Positions 41,835-53,390 of a DNA stretch of 64,000 bases are shown here, one piece after another; the first letter of the stretch is position 1, and the number at the start of each line of letters is the position of its first letter. Made by a program: the position numbers and the translations under genes. This DNA comes from Myxococcota bacterium (GTDB lineage: Bacteria; Myxococcota_A; Polyangia; Nannocystales; Nannocystaceae), in assembly GCA_039028615.1 (NCBI GenBank), contig JBCCHT010000011.1:96001-160000 (forward strand). Reading direction: 5' to 3'. The notes below the pieces were generated by a model. That model was given only the letters and a program-made list of their open reading frames with translations. It made no database searches and was not told the DNA's origin.

Positions 41835-41974
41835 GGCTCGAACCCTACCCCAGCGCCAACGCCTCGGCCTGCGCTGCACCCCACCGCGATTACACGGCGG
41901 CGCGCCGAGCCCCAACGCAACCGCGCCGCGACGCCGTGGGTACGGCGCGCGGCGATGTTGGCGGCACGCATCGA

Positions 41975-44665
<2,691 letters not shown>

Positions 44666-44845
44666 CACTCCAAATGCTCCCCCGCTTCGCCTCCGTTTCA
44701 CGAAGGCTCGGCGAGCGAAGCTTGCAACGCAGGGACGTCGTTGTCGAATGAACGACACCGACCGAGCGTCGAGCCGACCGCGCGTCATTTCCGGTTCCAA
44801 CGCGCGCACGCCCTCGCTTTCGCCCCACGCTATGCTCCCCGCGCC

Positions 44846-45592
44846 ATGCGGCATTCCATCGTCTCGACCATTGCCATCGTTTTCGTCGCTGTGGGTTGCG
44901 GAAATTCGACGGACGTCAACGATGGCTCCCCCTCGAGTTCGACGAGGAGCACGTCGAACCAAACCACCAACGAAAACACGGGACGCCCGACCGTCCCGGG
45001 AACGAACCAGACCTCCACTTCGACCACCAATCCCGGACCCCAAACAGACGGCAGCACGACGAGCAAAGGCACCGCCGACGGCACCGGGCCCGAGGGCACG
45101 GGCGGCACGAGGGGCACCAGCGGCACGGACAGCACGGGCTCCGATTCGACTTCGACCACCGTCGACCCCTGCGATGCGGGTGACGGCACCGAGTTCATGG
45201 TCGATAACCTGGTGTCCGTCTGGTACGTGATCAACGGCGTCCAGAACCCGGACCTGAACCTCTACCGCGGGTGCACCTATACCTTCCACATCGACACGCC
45301 CAAGCACCCCTTTCTCATCAAGTCCGTGCAGAGCGAGAGCGCGATCGACACCTACGACGAAGGGGTAACGAACAACGGTACGAAGGTCGGCACCATCACC
45401 TGGGAGGTACCGACGGACGCCCCCGACACGCTCTACTACGTCTGCCAGTTTCACCTGCGGATGAGCGGTGCCTTCAACATCTCCACCCCGGAGTGGGGCG
45501 GTAGTAGTGGAGGAGGCAGCGAAAGCAGCGGCAGCAGCGACAGCGGCAACACCACCAGCGGCGGCAGCAGCAGCACCAGCAGCGGGACTTAG
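44846..45592 (+). CDS. Lipoprotein with Ser/Thr-rich linker and cupredoxin-like domain
   Basis: AVGC lipobox; [26 protein letters not shown] (C-x2-H-x2-M). Confidence 0.75.
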   Translation: MRHSIVSTIAIVFVAVGCGNSTDVNDGSPSSSTRSTSNQTTNENTGRPTVPGTNQTSTSTTNPGPQTDGSTTSKGTADGTGPEGTGGTRGTSGTDSTGSDSTSTTVDPCDAGDGTEFMVDNLVSVWYVINGVQNPDLNLYRGCTYTFHIDTPKHPFLIKSVQSESAIDTYDEGVTNNGTKVGTITWEVPTDAPDTLYYVCQFHLRMSGAFNISTPEWGGSSGGGSESSGSSDSGNTTSGGSSSTSSGT

Positions 45593-46869
45593 CGCAGGTC
45601 GGCGAGGGCCTGGGTGACCTGCTCGCGAATTTCCCCCGGAAACAGCGCTCGGTAGTGCACGAAGGCCTCCCGGCTGAGGCCGTGCATCACGGGCGAGGCG
45701 TCGAGCAGCCGCTGCAGCGTGCCGCGGCTCGACAGCACCATCAGCGCTTCGTCCTCGATGTAGGCCTCGATCTTCACCCGATCGACCCCGCCCGCGTACT
45801 CGGGCTCACAGCCCTGATCCCGCAGCACCTGATGCAGGCGCTCGCGCGCGAGCTCGGGATCGACGTCGGCCCGCAGCCGCAGGGTCTTGAACAGCCGCCG
45901 GTCGCGAAGGCGCCCCGCCAGGTCGCGCAGCACGTCGTCCTTGCTCTGCGCGTAGCTGCGAATGGCCGTCTGCAAGCCGGGATCGTCGAGCTCGAGGAAG
46001 GCGGTGGTCGACACCGAGTCGCCCCGCAGCAAGGCCTCGAGCGCGGGCGGAGTGCCGGGCTGCGGCCCCAGATCGTGCAGGCGGCTGAACAGCGCGCGCG
46101 AGACCGAGTCGGCCGCTCGCACCGCCTTGTGCAGATAGACCTGCCGATACATGTAGAGGCGATTGAGGAAGAACCCCTCCACCGCGGTGAGGCCCTTTTC
46201 TCCGTCGACGGCCAGGGTCGCCGCCGAGCCCCCGGGCGGCAGGTACAGCCGCAGCGCAGCCAGCAGCCAGTCGAGGTCGAGGATGCCGTAGCGCACACCC
46301 GTCATGTAGGAGTCGCGCAGCAGGTAGTCGCAGCGATCGACGTCGAAGGTCCCCGAGACCGCGCGTGCCAGGTGAGGGATGGGGCTGCGCCCGTGCACGA
46401 GCCCTTCGACCAGCGACGGCATCTGCGGATCGATGTCCGACAGCACCTGGTGCACCTCGCTGTGCGGGTCGAGCAAGATCGCCGAGGTCCACTCCTCGTG
46501 GGCCCGCGCCTCGGGCAAGACCGCCTCGAAGGTATGGCTGAACGGACCGTGCCCCACGTCGTGCAGCAGCGCCGCGGCCAGGGCCACCCGCGCCATGTCG
46601 TCATCGATCCGGTCGGAGGCGGGGATGTCCGAGGCCAGCCGCCGCACCCGGTCGAGGTACCGCTTCATGACGTGCGCCGAGCCCACCGCATGGGCGAACC
46701 GGGAATGCTCCGCCCCGGGGAAGGCGAGCGATGCGTGACCCAGGGCGCGAATCCGGCGGAGGCGCTGGACCTCACGGGTGTTCATCAGCCGCTCCACGAC
46801 GCCTTCGACCGGGCCCTCGAAGGAGATCAGGCCGTGGACGGGGTCGCGGAGGATCACGGGGCCTGTCAT
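45589..46869 (-). CDS. HD-domain phosphohydrolase (SAMHD1-like dNTP triphosphohydrolase family)
   Basis: [50 protein letters not shown]. Confidence 0.9.
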   Translation of the reverse strand: MTGPVILRDPVHGLISFEGPVEGVVERLMNTREVQRLRRIRALGHASLAFPGAEHSRFAHAVGSAHVMKRYLDRVRRLASDIPASDRIDDDMARVALAAALLHDVGHGPFSHTFEAVLPEARAHEEWTSAILLDPHSEVHQVLSDIDPQMPSLVEGLVHGRSPIPHLARAVSGTFDVDRCDYLLRDSYMTGVRYGILDLDWLLAALRLYLPPGGSAATLAVDGEKGLTAVEGFFLNRLYMYRQVYLHKAVRAADSVSRALFSRLHDLGPQPGTPPALEALLRGDSVSTTAFLELDDPGLQTAIRSYAQSKDDVLRDLAGRLRDRRLFKTLRLRADVDPELARERLHQVLRDQGCEPEYAGGVDRVKIEAYIEDEALMVLSSRGTLQRLLDASPVMHGLSREAFVHYRALFPGEIREQVTQALADLR

Positions 46870-46972
46870 ACCTGGCCGCTCGGCCGCGGCCAACCGGGGC
46901 CAAACCGTGGTTCTTTTCGGTTCCCCAGACCCGTCGCAGGCCCGTGGTACGCTTGCCGCCGTTTCGGTCTCC

Positions 46973-49900
46973 ATGCACGCGTGTCCCAGCTGCGGCTCCG
47001 CGCTCGACGCGAGCCAGCCACTACCGCCGCATTGCCCCTATTGCGGAGCCTCCCTCGCCCCACCAGCCCCGTCGGATCTCGGCGCTCCCCCCAGCTTTGC
47101 CGGCACCCCCGGTGAGTCGGGCGCGGCGCCGATCTTCGTGCCGGCCGAGAGCCGCACCGATCTGCGGTCGCCGTCTTCGCTGGCTGCCCCTCGGAGGCGT
47201 CAACCACCTCCGCCCGCCCCCAAGGCCGGGGCGGTCACCGGTCCGCCGAGCATCGGGCTCGCCGACGGCAGCGATCGCCACAACGAGTTCGATCTAGGCG
47301 GAGACCCCAGCGGGATGGAACTCGCCTTCGGCGACGGTCCGGTCGCCGAACCCGAGGCGCCTCCCGGCATCTCCCTGTCCGCGGAGCCCACCGATCGCTT
47401 CTCCTCCGGGGCCTCGTTGTCGGATCCGCTCATGGATCTGCCCAGCCCCGTCGCCGAGGCTCGCGATCAGGGCATCGGTCGCCCCAAGGCTCCGCCGCTG
47501 CCGCCTCCCCCCGGGTTCAGCCCGCCCAAGCCTCCCCCTCCGCCCGCTCCGCCGGGCGCCGGGCTTCCGCCTCCCCCTCCCGCCGCGGGCTACTCCGACC
47601 CCGTCGCCGAAGAGCAGGACCACGGGCTCGGGTTCTCGGCCCCCGTCGCCGGGCAATCGGACCACGGCATCGATCTACCCAGCCCCGTCCAGAGCCCGCG
47701 CGACGATGGCATCGATCTGCCCAGTCCCGTCGCCGCCGAGGCCCGCGACCACGGCATCGACCTGCCCAGCCCCGTCCAGGGTGTCCGCGACGATGGCATC
47801 GACTTGCCCAGTCCGGTCCAGGCGGGAGCCGCGGACGACGGCAGTGCCTACTCGCTCGATCTCCCGGCGCCCATCGATACGGCCAACCGCGATCTCCCGG
47901 CCCCGGTCGATCTGTCCCTGCCGGTCACCGAGGGCGACGGGCTCGATCTGCCGATCCCCGCCGACCTCCCCGTGCCCAGCGCGGGGGGCCAAGAAGTTCA
48001 GCCCGCCGGGCAAGAGGTTCGCCCCGCCGGGCAGGAAGTGCGCCCTGCCGGGCAAGAGGTTCGCCCCGCCGGGCAAGAGGTTCGCCCCGCCGGGATGGAC
48101 GTGACGCCCAGGGGCTCCGGGGACGAGGTCGCACCGCACGACCTGCCCGGGCCCAAGACGAGCGATGCGCTCGTGCCCGACTTCGATGCCGTGGGCATGA
48201 CGCCCGACGTGCAAGCTGCGGCAGCGACCAGCGGCGTCGCGGCCCCGGCCGCACCGTCGACCGACAGCGACGCATTGCCGGACCCGGCGATGACCGCTCC
48301 GACCGCGACGCCGCGTGCCAAGCCGATCGCCGCGGCCAAGCCCGCCGTGTCGCGCGGCGTGCTGCTGCTCGGCGGAGGCTTGCTGCTGCTGGGTGCAGTG
48401 GGAGCCGCCGTCTTCTATTCGGGGCTGCTCGATCCCGAAGAGCCCGAGGTCTCCGCGGGTCGCGGCGCCGTCAAGCGTGGCGGCGGCAAGTCTGGAGACG
48501 GCAAGGGCACGCAGACCCCGGGGCCCAAGGGCGCCGCGGCCGAGCGCGACGCCACCGTACTGGCGAAGTTCTCCGTGCACACGCCGGCCTCCTATCTCGA
48601 GGCGCTCGCCGCCACGAACGAGGCGGGCGACGTGCTGGGCGCAGCCGAGGCCGCGTTCCTGCTGCACTACCACTACGGTCCCAACCCGGCCCTGGCCACG
48701 CCGGCCGCCAGCGCGTTGCAGGCCCATGCCAGCGACAAGGCGGGGTACGTCCAGCGCATCGTGGGGCTCGCCGCTCTCGCCGCGAAGAACCTCGAGGGCG
48801 CCGAAGCTTCGCTGTCCGACGACGAGCCGCGCTCTCGGCTCTACCGCGGCTGGCTGCGCCTGGCCCAGGAGCGACTCGACGACGCCAAGGCCGAAGCCGA
48901 TGCCGTCCTGGCCGCGAATGCCAACGACCAGTCGGCCAAGCACCTGTCCCTGGCGGTGGCGGCCGCGAAGGATCCCGCCGCCGCGCTGAGCGCCATCGAG
49001 GCCGCGACCAAGGCCAACCCCGAGCACGCCGGTCTGCAGGCGCTGCTCGCCCAAACCGCGGTCGCGACCGGGCAGCTCGCCGTCGCACGAACGGCCGTGG
49101 ACGCCATCGATCCCGCGGCCACCGACGACCCCGGGGTCCAGGCGTGGGCCCATGTCCAACGCGCCCGCGTGCAGCTCGCCCAGGGCGACTACGACGGTGC
49201 GCTGGTGAGCTTCGACCGGGCCCTCGAGCGCGTGCCCGACGACTCGGCCCTCGAGATCGAGCGGATCCACGTCTTGCTCGATGCCCGACGCTTCAACGAC
49301 GCCAGCAATGCCATCGCGAAGCTGGTCGCCGCGAACTCCAAAGACGCCGAGCTGTTGCTGCTGCAAGCCCGCGTGGCGGTGCAGAGCGGCGACGGTGACA
49401 TCGCCCTGGAGATCCTCGGCAAGCTCGCCGCCGCCATGCCCAAGGACGCCCGCGTGCAGATCGCCGTCGGCGACGTGCATGCCATGCGCCTGGAGATCGA
49501 CCAGGGCCAGACCGCCTTCGCGGCCGCGCGCACGCTCGACCCCACGGCCATCGCCGCCGCGACCGGCGAGGCGGTGCTGCTGGCCGACGCCAAGCAAAAG
49601 CCCAAGGCCCTGGCCGTGCTCGAAGAGGCCAAGGCCCTGGCCAGCAAGGACGGGCGCACCGACGACGTCGTGACCCTGCTGGTCGCGATCGCCAACCTCC
49701 ATCGCTCCACGGGCGACGCCGCCTCGGCGTTGCTCGCTCTCGACGAGGCGCTCACCGCCGCGCCGACCCACAACGATGCCCAGCTTTTGCGGGGCCTGCT
49801 GCGGCTCGACGAAGGTCGTACCGCCGAGGGTCGAACCGACCTCGAGGCGGTCTTCGAGCGCACGGGCGGCTATCTCGGCCTCGCCGGACCCTTGGGTCGC

Positions 49901-50758
49901 CTGTACGTCACCACGGGTAATTTCGGCGCGCTCGAGCGGCTCATCGAAGGTCGCATCCGCGGCGAGCAAACGGCAGACGACGTGCTCAATGCCGCCGTCC
50001 ACCTGCGCCTGCACCAAAATCGCATCGCCGACGCCCGGGCGCTCATCGACACCGCGCTGGCGCGTCACCCCTCGGACTGGGAAGCCCACATGCTCCTGGC
50101 CCAGGTGCTCATCGCCGAGGGTCGGGCCGCCGACGCCTTGGCGGCCATCGAGCGCGCTCGCCCGAGCCAGCCCCAGCCCACGCTCATGCTGCAGCGCGGC
50201 AAGGTCTTCGAGTTCAACGGCAAGCACCCCGAAGCCCTGCCCGAGTACCGTCGCGCGCTGACCATCCAGCCCGAGCTGCACGAGGCCCGGTTCCTCTACG
50301 GCCGCCTGCTCGCGCACAACGGTGCCAACAGCAAGGCCATCGCCGAGCTCCAGCAGGTCACCAAGGCCACCGAGGCCGCGTCCGCCCCCTGGTTCCCCGA
50401 GGTCTGGGTCGCCATGGCCCGCGCGCAGCAGGGCCTGGGCAAGTACGACGATGCCATCGCCAGCCTCAACGAGGCGACCACGCTCAATCCCAAGTTCGGC
50501 TACGCCTTCGCCGAGCAGGGCCGCTACCACGTGTTCCGCAGCAACCATGCGGCCGCGATCACGGCGCTGACCAAGGCCATCGACCTCGCCGCGCCCACCG
50601 ACCACTGGTACCCCGACGCGCTCATCAACCTGGCGCGAGCGCAGGTCAAGCAGGGCAAGAACGCGGCCGCCAAGGCCACGCTGCAGAAGTTCCTCGAGGC
50701 GGCGTCGTCGGAGCACGTCTCTCGGGCCGAGGCGCAGCGCCTGCTTCGCAGCCTCTAG
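46973..50758 (+). CDS. Zinc-ribbon + Pro-rich repeats + TM + long TPR protein
   Basis: CPSC..CPYC at N-terminus; DLPSPV repeats; TM VLLLGGGLLLLGAVGAAVFY; about 750 aa TPR region. Confidence 0.85.
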   Translation: MHACPSCGSALDASQPLPPHCPYCGASLAPPAPSDLGAPPSFAGTPGESGAAPIFVPAESRTDLRSPSSLAAPRRRQPPPPAPKAGAVTGPPSIGLADGSDRHNEFDLGGDPSGMELAFGDGPVAEPEAPPGISLSAEPTDRFSSGASLSDPLMDLPSPVAEARDQGIGRPKAPPLPPPPGFSPPKPPPPPAPPGAGLPPPPPAAGYSDPVAEEQDHGLGFSAPVAGQSDHGIDLPSPVQSPRDDGIDLPSPVAAEARDHGIDLPSPVQGVRDDGIDLPSPVQAGAADDGSAYSLDLPAPIDTANRDLPAPVDLSLPVTEGDGLDLPIPADLPVPSAGGQEVQPAGQEVRPAGQEVRPAGQEVRPAGQEVRPAGMDVTPRGSGDEVAPHDLPGPKTSDALVPDFDAVGMTPDVQAAAATSGVAAPAAPSTDSDALPDPAMTAPTATPRAKPIAAAKPAVSRGVLLLGGGLLLLGAVGAAVFYSGLLDPEEPEVSAGRGAVKRGGGKSGDGKGTQTPGPKGAAAERDATVLAKFSVHTPASYLEALAATNEAGDVLGAAEAAFLLHYHYGPNPALATPAASALQAHASDKAGYVQRIVGLAALAAKNLEGAEASLSDDEPRSRLYRGWLRLAQERLDDAKAEADAVLAANANDQSAKHLSLAVAAAKDPAAALSAIEAATKANPEHAGLQALLAQTAVATGQLAVARTAVDAIDPAATDDPGVQAWAHVQRARVQLAQGDYDGALVSFDRALERVPDDSALEIERIHVLLDARRFNDASNAIAKLVAANSKDAELLLLQARVAVQSGDGDIALEILGKLAAAMPKDARVQIAVGDVHAMRLEIDQGQTAFAAARTLDPTAIAAATGEAVLLADAKQKPKALAVLEEAKALASKDGRTDDVVTLLVAIANLHRSTGDAASALLALDEALTAAPTHNDAQLLRGLLRLDEGRTAEGRTDLEAVFERTGGYLGLAGPLGRLYVTTGNFGALERLIEGRIRGEQTADDVLNAAVHLRLHQNRIADARALIDTALARHPSDWEAHMLLAQVLIAEGRAADALAAIERARPSQPQPTLMLQRGKVFEFNGKHPEALPEYRRALTIQPELHEARFLYGRLLAHNGANSKAIAELQQVTKATEAASAPWFPEVWVAMARAQQGLGKYDDAIASLNEATTLNPKFGYAFAEQGRYHVFRSNHAAAITALTKAIDLAAPTDHWYPDALINLARAQVKQGKNAAAKATLQKFLEAASSEHVSRAEAQRLLRSL
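47987..48091 (+). repeat. Five tandem 21-bp repeats encoding GQEV(R/Q)PA
   Basis: GGGCAAGAGGTTCGCCCCGCC three times exactly plus two variants, in frame. Confidence 0.92.
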
Positions 50759-50784
50759 ACCCGGCCGGCCCCACCGCCGAATCG

Positions 50785-50826
50785 CTCGATTTCGTGCGCG
50801 CCCGCCCGGCTGCGCGCGAAATCGAG
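50785..50826. terminator. 15-bp-arm inverted repeat downstream of TPR gene
   Basis: CTCGATTTCGTGCGC ... GCGCGCGAAATCGAG (14/15, the mismatch is a G-U pair); no U-tract. Confidence 0.45.
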
Positions 50827-51006
50827 ACTCGTGCGGGTCACGGATGGGCCCCCGTGCGCCAGCTCACTATGTTTTTGAGAACTGTTTCCGAGGAAGCGAC
50901 CACTCCCTCGTAAGACTCGGTTTGGGGTCCGCCTAGGACAGATCAAGGGGCCAGCGCCAAGGCTCGAGGCATCGATATGCCCGCTCGCGCACCCCCCCGA
51001 GCCGCC

Positions 51007-51708
51007 ATGCCGAATGAACGACCCAGTCCCCATGTCGATGCCGACCTCGAGCAGCTCGCCGCGTGGCAACGACAGCGCGATCGAGACCCGACGCCCGACC
51101 CTCTCGACGACCTGGCCGTCACCGACGTCCCCGTGCTCGACCACGCCCACGTCGACGCGATGGTCGACTCGGTGGTCGGCGGGCCCCGAGCCAGCGGCGT
51201 CACCCGGCTGCTGCGGGCGGTGGCCTCTCCGCTGGGCACGGGCCTGGTCGCGGCCGCGGTCGCCGTCGCCATCGTTCAGTTCACCTCCGACGACAAACCG
51301 GCCGCCTACGGGGGGCCGCTCGCCGAAACGAACTACGAAGCTCACCTGCAGGCCAATGCGCTCGGGCCCGAGGATCGACTCGAGTTTTTCACCTACGACC
51401 GACTCGACGTCACCCTCGAGCCGAACCCGCCGCTGGACGAAGAAACCGGCGCCCTCGAGCTCCGCATCGGAGCGCAGAGCGTCGCGCTGGGCCACACCGT
51501 CTTGTCCGCCCCCCGGGCCGTCCGCCACCGCTACGGCGAGGTCCGCTTCGAAGAACGAATCTCCACCCTGTTCGACCTGCCGCCCGGCGAATGGGACATC
51601 ACCTATCTGCTCGGCCCCCCCGGTTCCTGCAGCGAGTGGCCAATGGCCCTTTCGTGCAAGCCCCGCGGCACCGACCGCGTAGTCATTAAGCCGGAACGCG
51701 ACACATAA
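51007..51708 (+). CDS. Single-TM protein, putative anti-sigma factor (paralog A)
   Basis: Short N-domain, TM LVAAAVAVAIVQF, C-domain ending LFDLPPGEW..LGPPGSC..C; 11 nt upstream of sigma gene; start 50977 or 51007. Confidence 0.6.
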   Translation: MPNERPSPHVDADLEQLAAWQRQRDRDPTPDPLDDLAVTDVPVLDHAHVDAMVDSVVGGPRASGVTRLLRAVASPLGTGLVAAAVAVAIVQFTSDDKPAAYGGPLAETNYEAHLQANALGPEDRLEFFTYDRLDVTLEPNPPLDEETGALELRIGAQSVALGHTVLSAPRAVRHRYGEVRFEERISTLFDLPPGEWDITYLLGPPGSCSEWPMALSCKPRGTDRVVIKPERDT

Positions 51709-51719
51709 CGAGTGCGATA

Positions 51720-52691
51720 ATGACCGTTCTCCACGCGATGAAGCCCCCACCGCCGTCCGTCACGCCGCGCCTCGTCGAGTCGGCGTTGGCGGGAGATCTC
51801 GAGGCACGCGAGATCTTGGGCGCCACGGTCTCCCGCGTGATTGCCCGCGTCACCCGTCCCCTGCGGTCGTCGCTCGAGCCGTCGCTGAGCAACGAGCTCC
51901 TCCTGGTGGTCTGGCGGCACCTGTGCGCGGACAACCTGCACCTCGTTCGCTTGTGGCACGAGTCGCCCGAGGACGACTTCGAACGCTACGTCGCCGGGCT
52001 CATCCACGACTACGTCCACCCGCTTCGTGTCCGCATGCCGCCCGGCCCCGGCATTCGCAGCGCCGACGTCGTCGCGCTGTCCTCGGGCTGGACCCGCGAG
52101 TCCATCGAGTTCGCCCTCGACAGCGAGACGGGTCCCAAGGACACCCTCGCCCGGCACATCTACACCACGGTTCATCGCTACGCCTATCAGATCCTCTGCC
52201 GACGCAAGCGCAGCGGAGCGAAAGACGAAGCGCAAGACATCGCACAGAGCCTGCTGTTCAAGCTCTTCGAAGCGCCGGGCCCCAAGGCCAACGCCACGCC
52301 GCAGCAGCGCGGCCGCCCCGGGTATCTGCTCCGGTGCTGGGACCCCTCGCGGGGACGAGCACTCGACAGCTACCTGTACATGGTCACGAACAACTTCATC
52401 AATCACAAAGCCCGCAAGAAGAACAGCATCGTCCTGTTCCCCGAGGCCGACGACGGCGCAGCGACGCCCGATCCCCGGAGCCTCGAGTACGAGATCGGCA
52501 GCCAGCTCGCGCTCGAGTCGGTGGTCGGCAGCCTCAGCGAGCGAGAGCGTCCGCTGCTCGAGGTCATCGGTAAACAGTGCACCCCCGAGGAGCTGGCCAA
52601 GCGACTCGGCGTCGACCGCAACACCATCTATCAACGGATACGACGGCTGAAGGAACGTCTCAAGAAGACCCGCGACGAGTTCTCGCGATAA
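51720..52691 (+). CDS. ECF-like sigma-70 factor with apparent tandem sigma2 domains
   Basis: DEAQDIAQSLLFKLF..LLRCWDPSRGRALDSYL (sigma2); LSERER..TPEELAKRLGVDRNTIYQRIRRLKERL (sigma4 HTH); N-terminal LVESALAGD..LCADNLHLVRLW..FERYV resembles a second sigma2. Confidence 0.8.
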   Translation: MTVLHAMKPPPPSVTPRLVESALAGDLEAREILGATVSRVIARVTRPLRSSLEPSLSNELLLVVWRHLCADNLHLVRLWHESPEDDFERYVAGLIHDYVHPLRVRMPPGPGIRSADVVALSSGWTRESIEFALDSETGPKDTLARHIYTTVHRYAYQILCRRKRSGAKDEAQDIAQSLLFKLFEAPGPKANATPQQRGRPGYLLRCWDPSRGRALDSYLYMVTNNFINHKARKKNSIVLFPEADDGAATPDPRSLEYEIGSQLALESVVGSLSERERPLLEVIGKQCTPEELAKRLGVDRNTIYQRIRRLKERLKKTRDEFSR

Positions 52692-52853
52692 CCATAGACA
52701 CTCGCGACAACCGAGCACGGGGGGAAGAAACGACGGCAGACCGTGCAACCGAGCAGTGCAATGTATATCCGCTCCATCCGCTCTCACGACGGCCATGGCT
52801 GGGTGCACGCGATCTTTCGCGAGGCGCCCTCGCTCCGCGCGTGCCGTGCCCGC

Positions 52854-53390
52854 ATGGCTCCCAAGGCCCGGGAACTGCTCGGTACGATCGTGGTGACCGT
52901 GCTCATGGCCTTGCTCGTCGCCATGGCCGGCTCTCCCCCGAAGCCGGCCCCCGGCCAGGCCACCATCGTGTCTCCCCTCGCCGACGACTCGCCGCCGCCG
53001 CCTCACGCGATGCGGATGCACCTGGCGGGGCTCGATGACCCCCATGGCGCGCACGAGGGCGAGATCATCACCGTCTCACCCCGCAGCTATATCGAGTTCG
53101 AGGTCGAGCACGACATCGATCCCTCGGATGCGGCCACCCTGGTGATCCTCGCCCGCAACATCTCCTCTCCCGGCCCCGCCGGAATCCACCAGGCGATCCC
53201 CCTGCCCACCGACGCCCTCGTGCTCGCCGACTATGGTTTTCGGTATCAGGGCCGCTTCGACGAGCTGTTCCCGCTGCCGCCTGGCCTGTGGCGGCTGCGC
53301 TTCCACGTGGGCCCCGCGGGTCGATGTACCGTCGATCACGTGACCGCATGCGAGGGCGTCGAGAAGATCTTGGAGGTCACCGCGTCATGA
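52854..53390 (+). CDS. Membrane-anchored protein, paralog B of 51007..51708
   Basis: TM LLGTIVVTVLMALLVAMA; FDELFPLPPGLW..VGPAGRC..C; ATGA overlap with CHAT gene; start could be 52761. Confidence 0.62.
   Translation: MAPKARELLGTIVVTVLMALLVAMAGSPPKPAPGQATIVSPLADDSPPPPHAMRMHLAGLDDPHGAHEGEIITVSPRSYIEFEVEHDIDPSDAATLVILARNISSPGPAGIHQAIPLPTDALVLADYGFRYQGRFDELFPLPPGLWRLRFHVGPAGRCTVDHVTACEGVEKILEVTAS

Noticed and set aside
44666..45454. N-terminal extension of aconitase in the ORF track
   Set aside because: Antisense to the cupredoxin lipoprotein; AcnA similarity begins at [10 protein letters not shown] (44665)
45589..46869. HD dNTPase as an antiphage defence gene
   Set aside because: Matches the widespread housekeeping HD family, with ordinary composition and no defence-island neighbours
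47987..48091. 21-bp repeats as a CRISPR array near the CHAT/sigma locus
   Set aside because: No spacers, in-frame coding repeats with synonymous variation, and no cas genes in the window
47675..50716. Long antisense ORFs here and at 4553..6796, 36647..39661, 41702..44644, 53336..55411
   Set aside because: Expected stop-poor shadow frames of GC-rich genes, with no recognisable motifs
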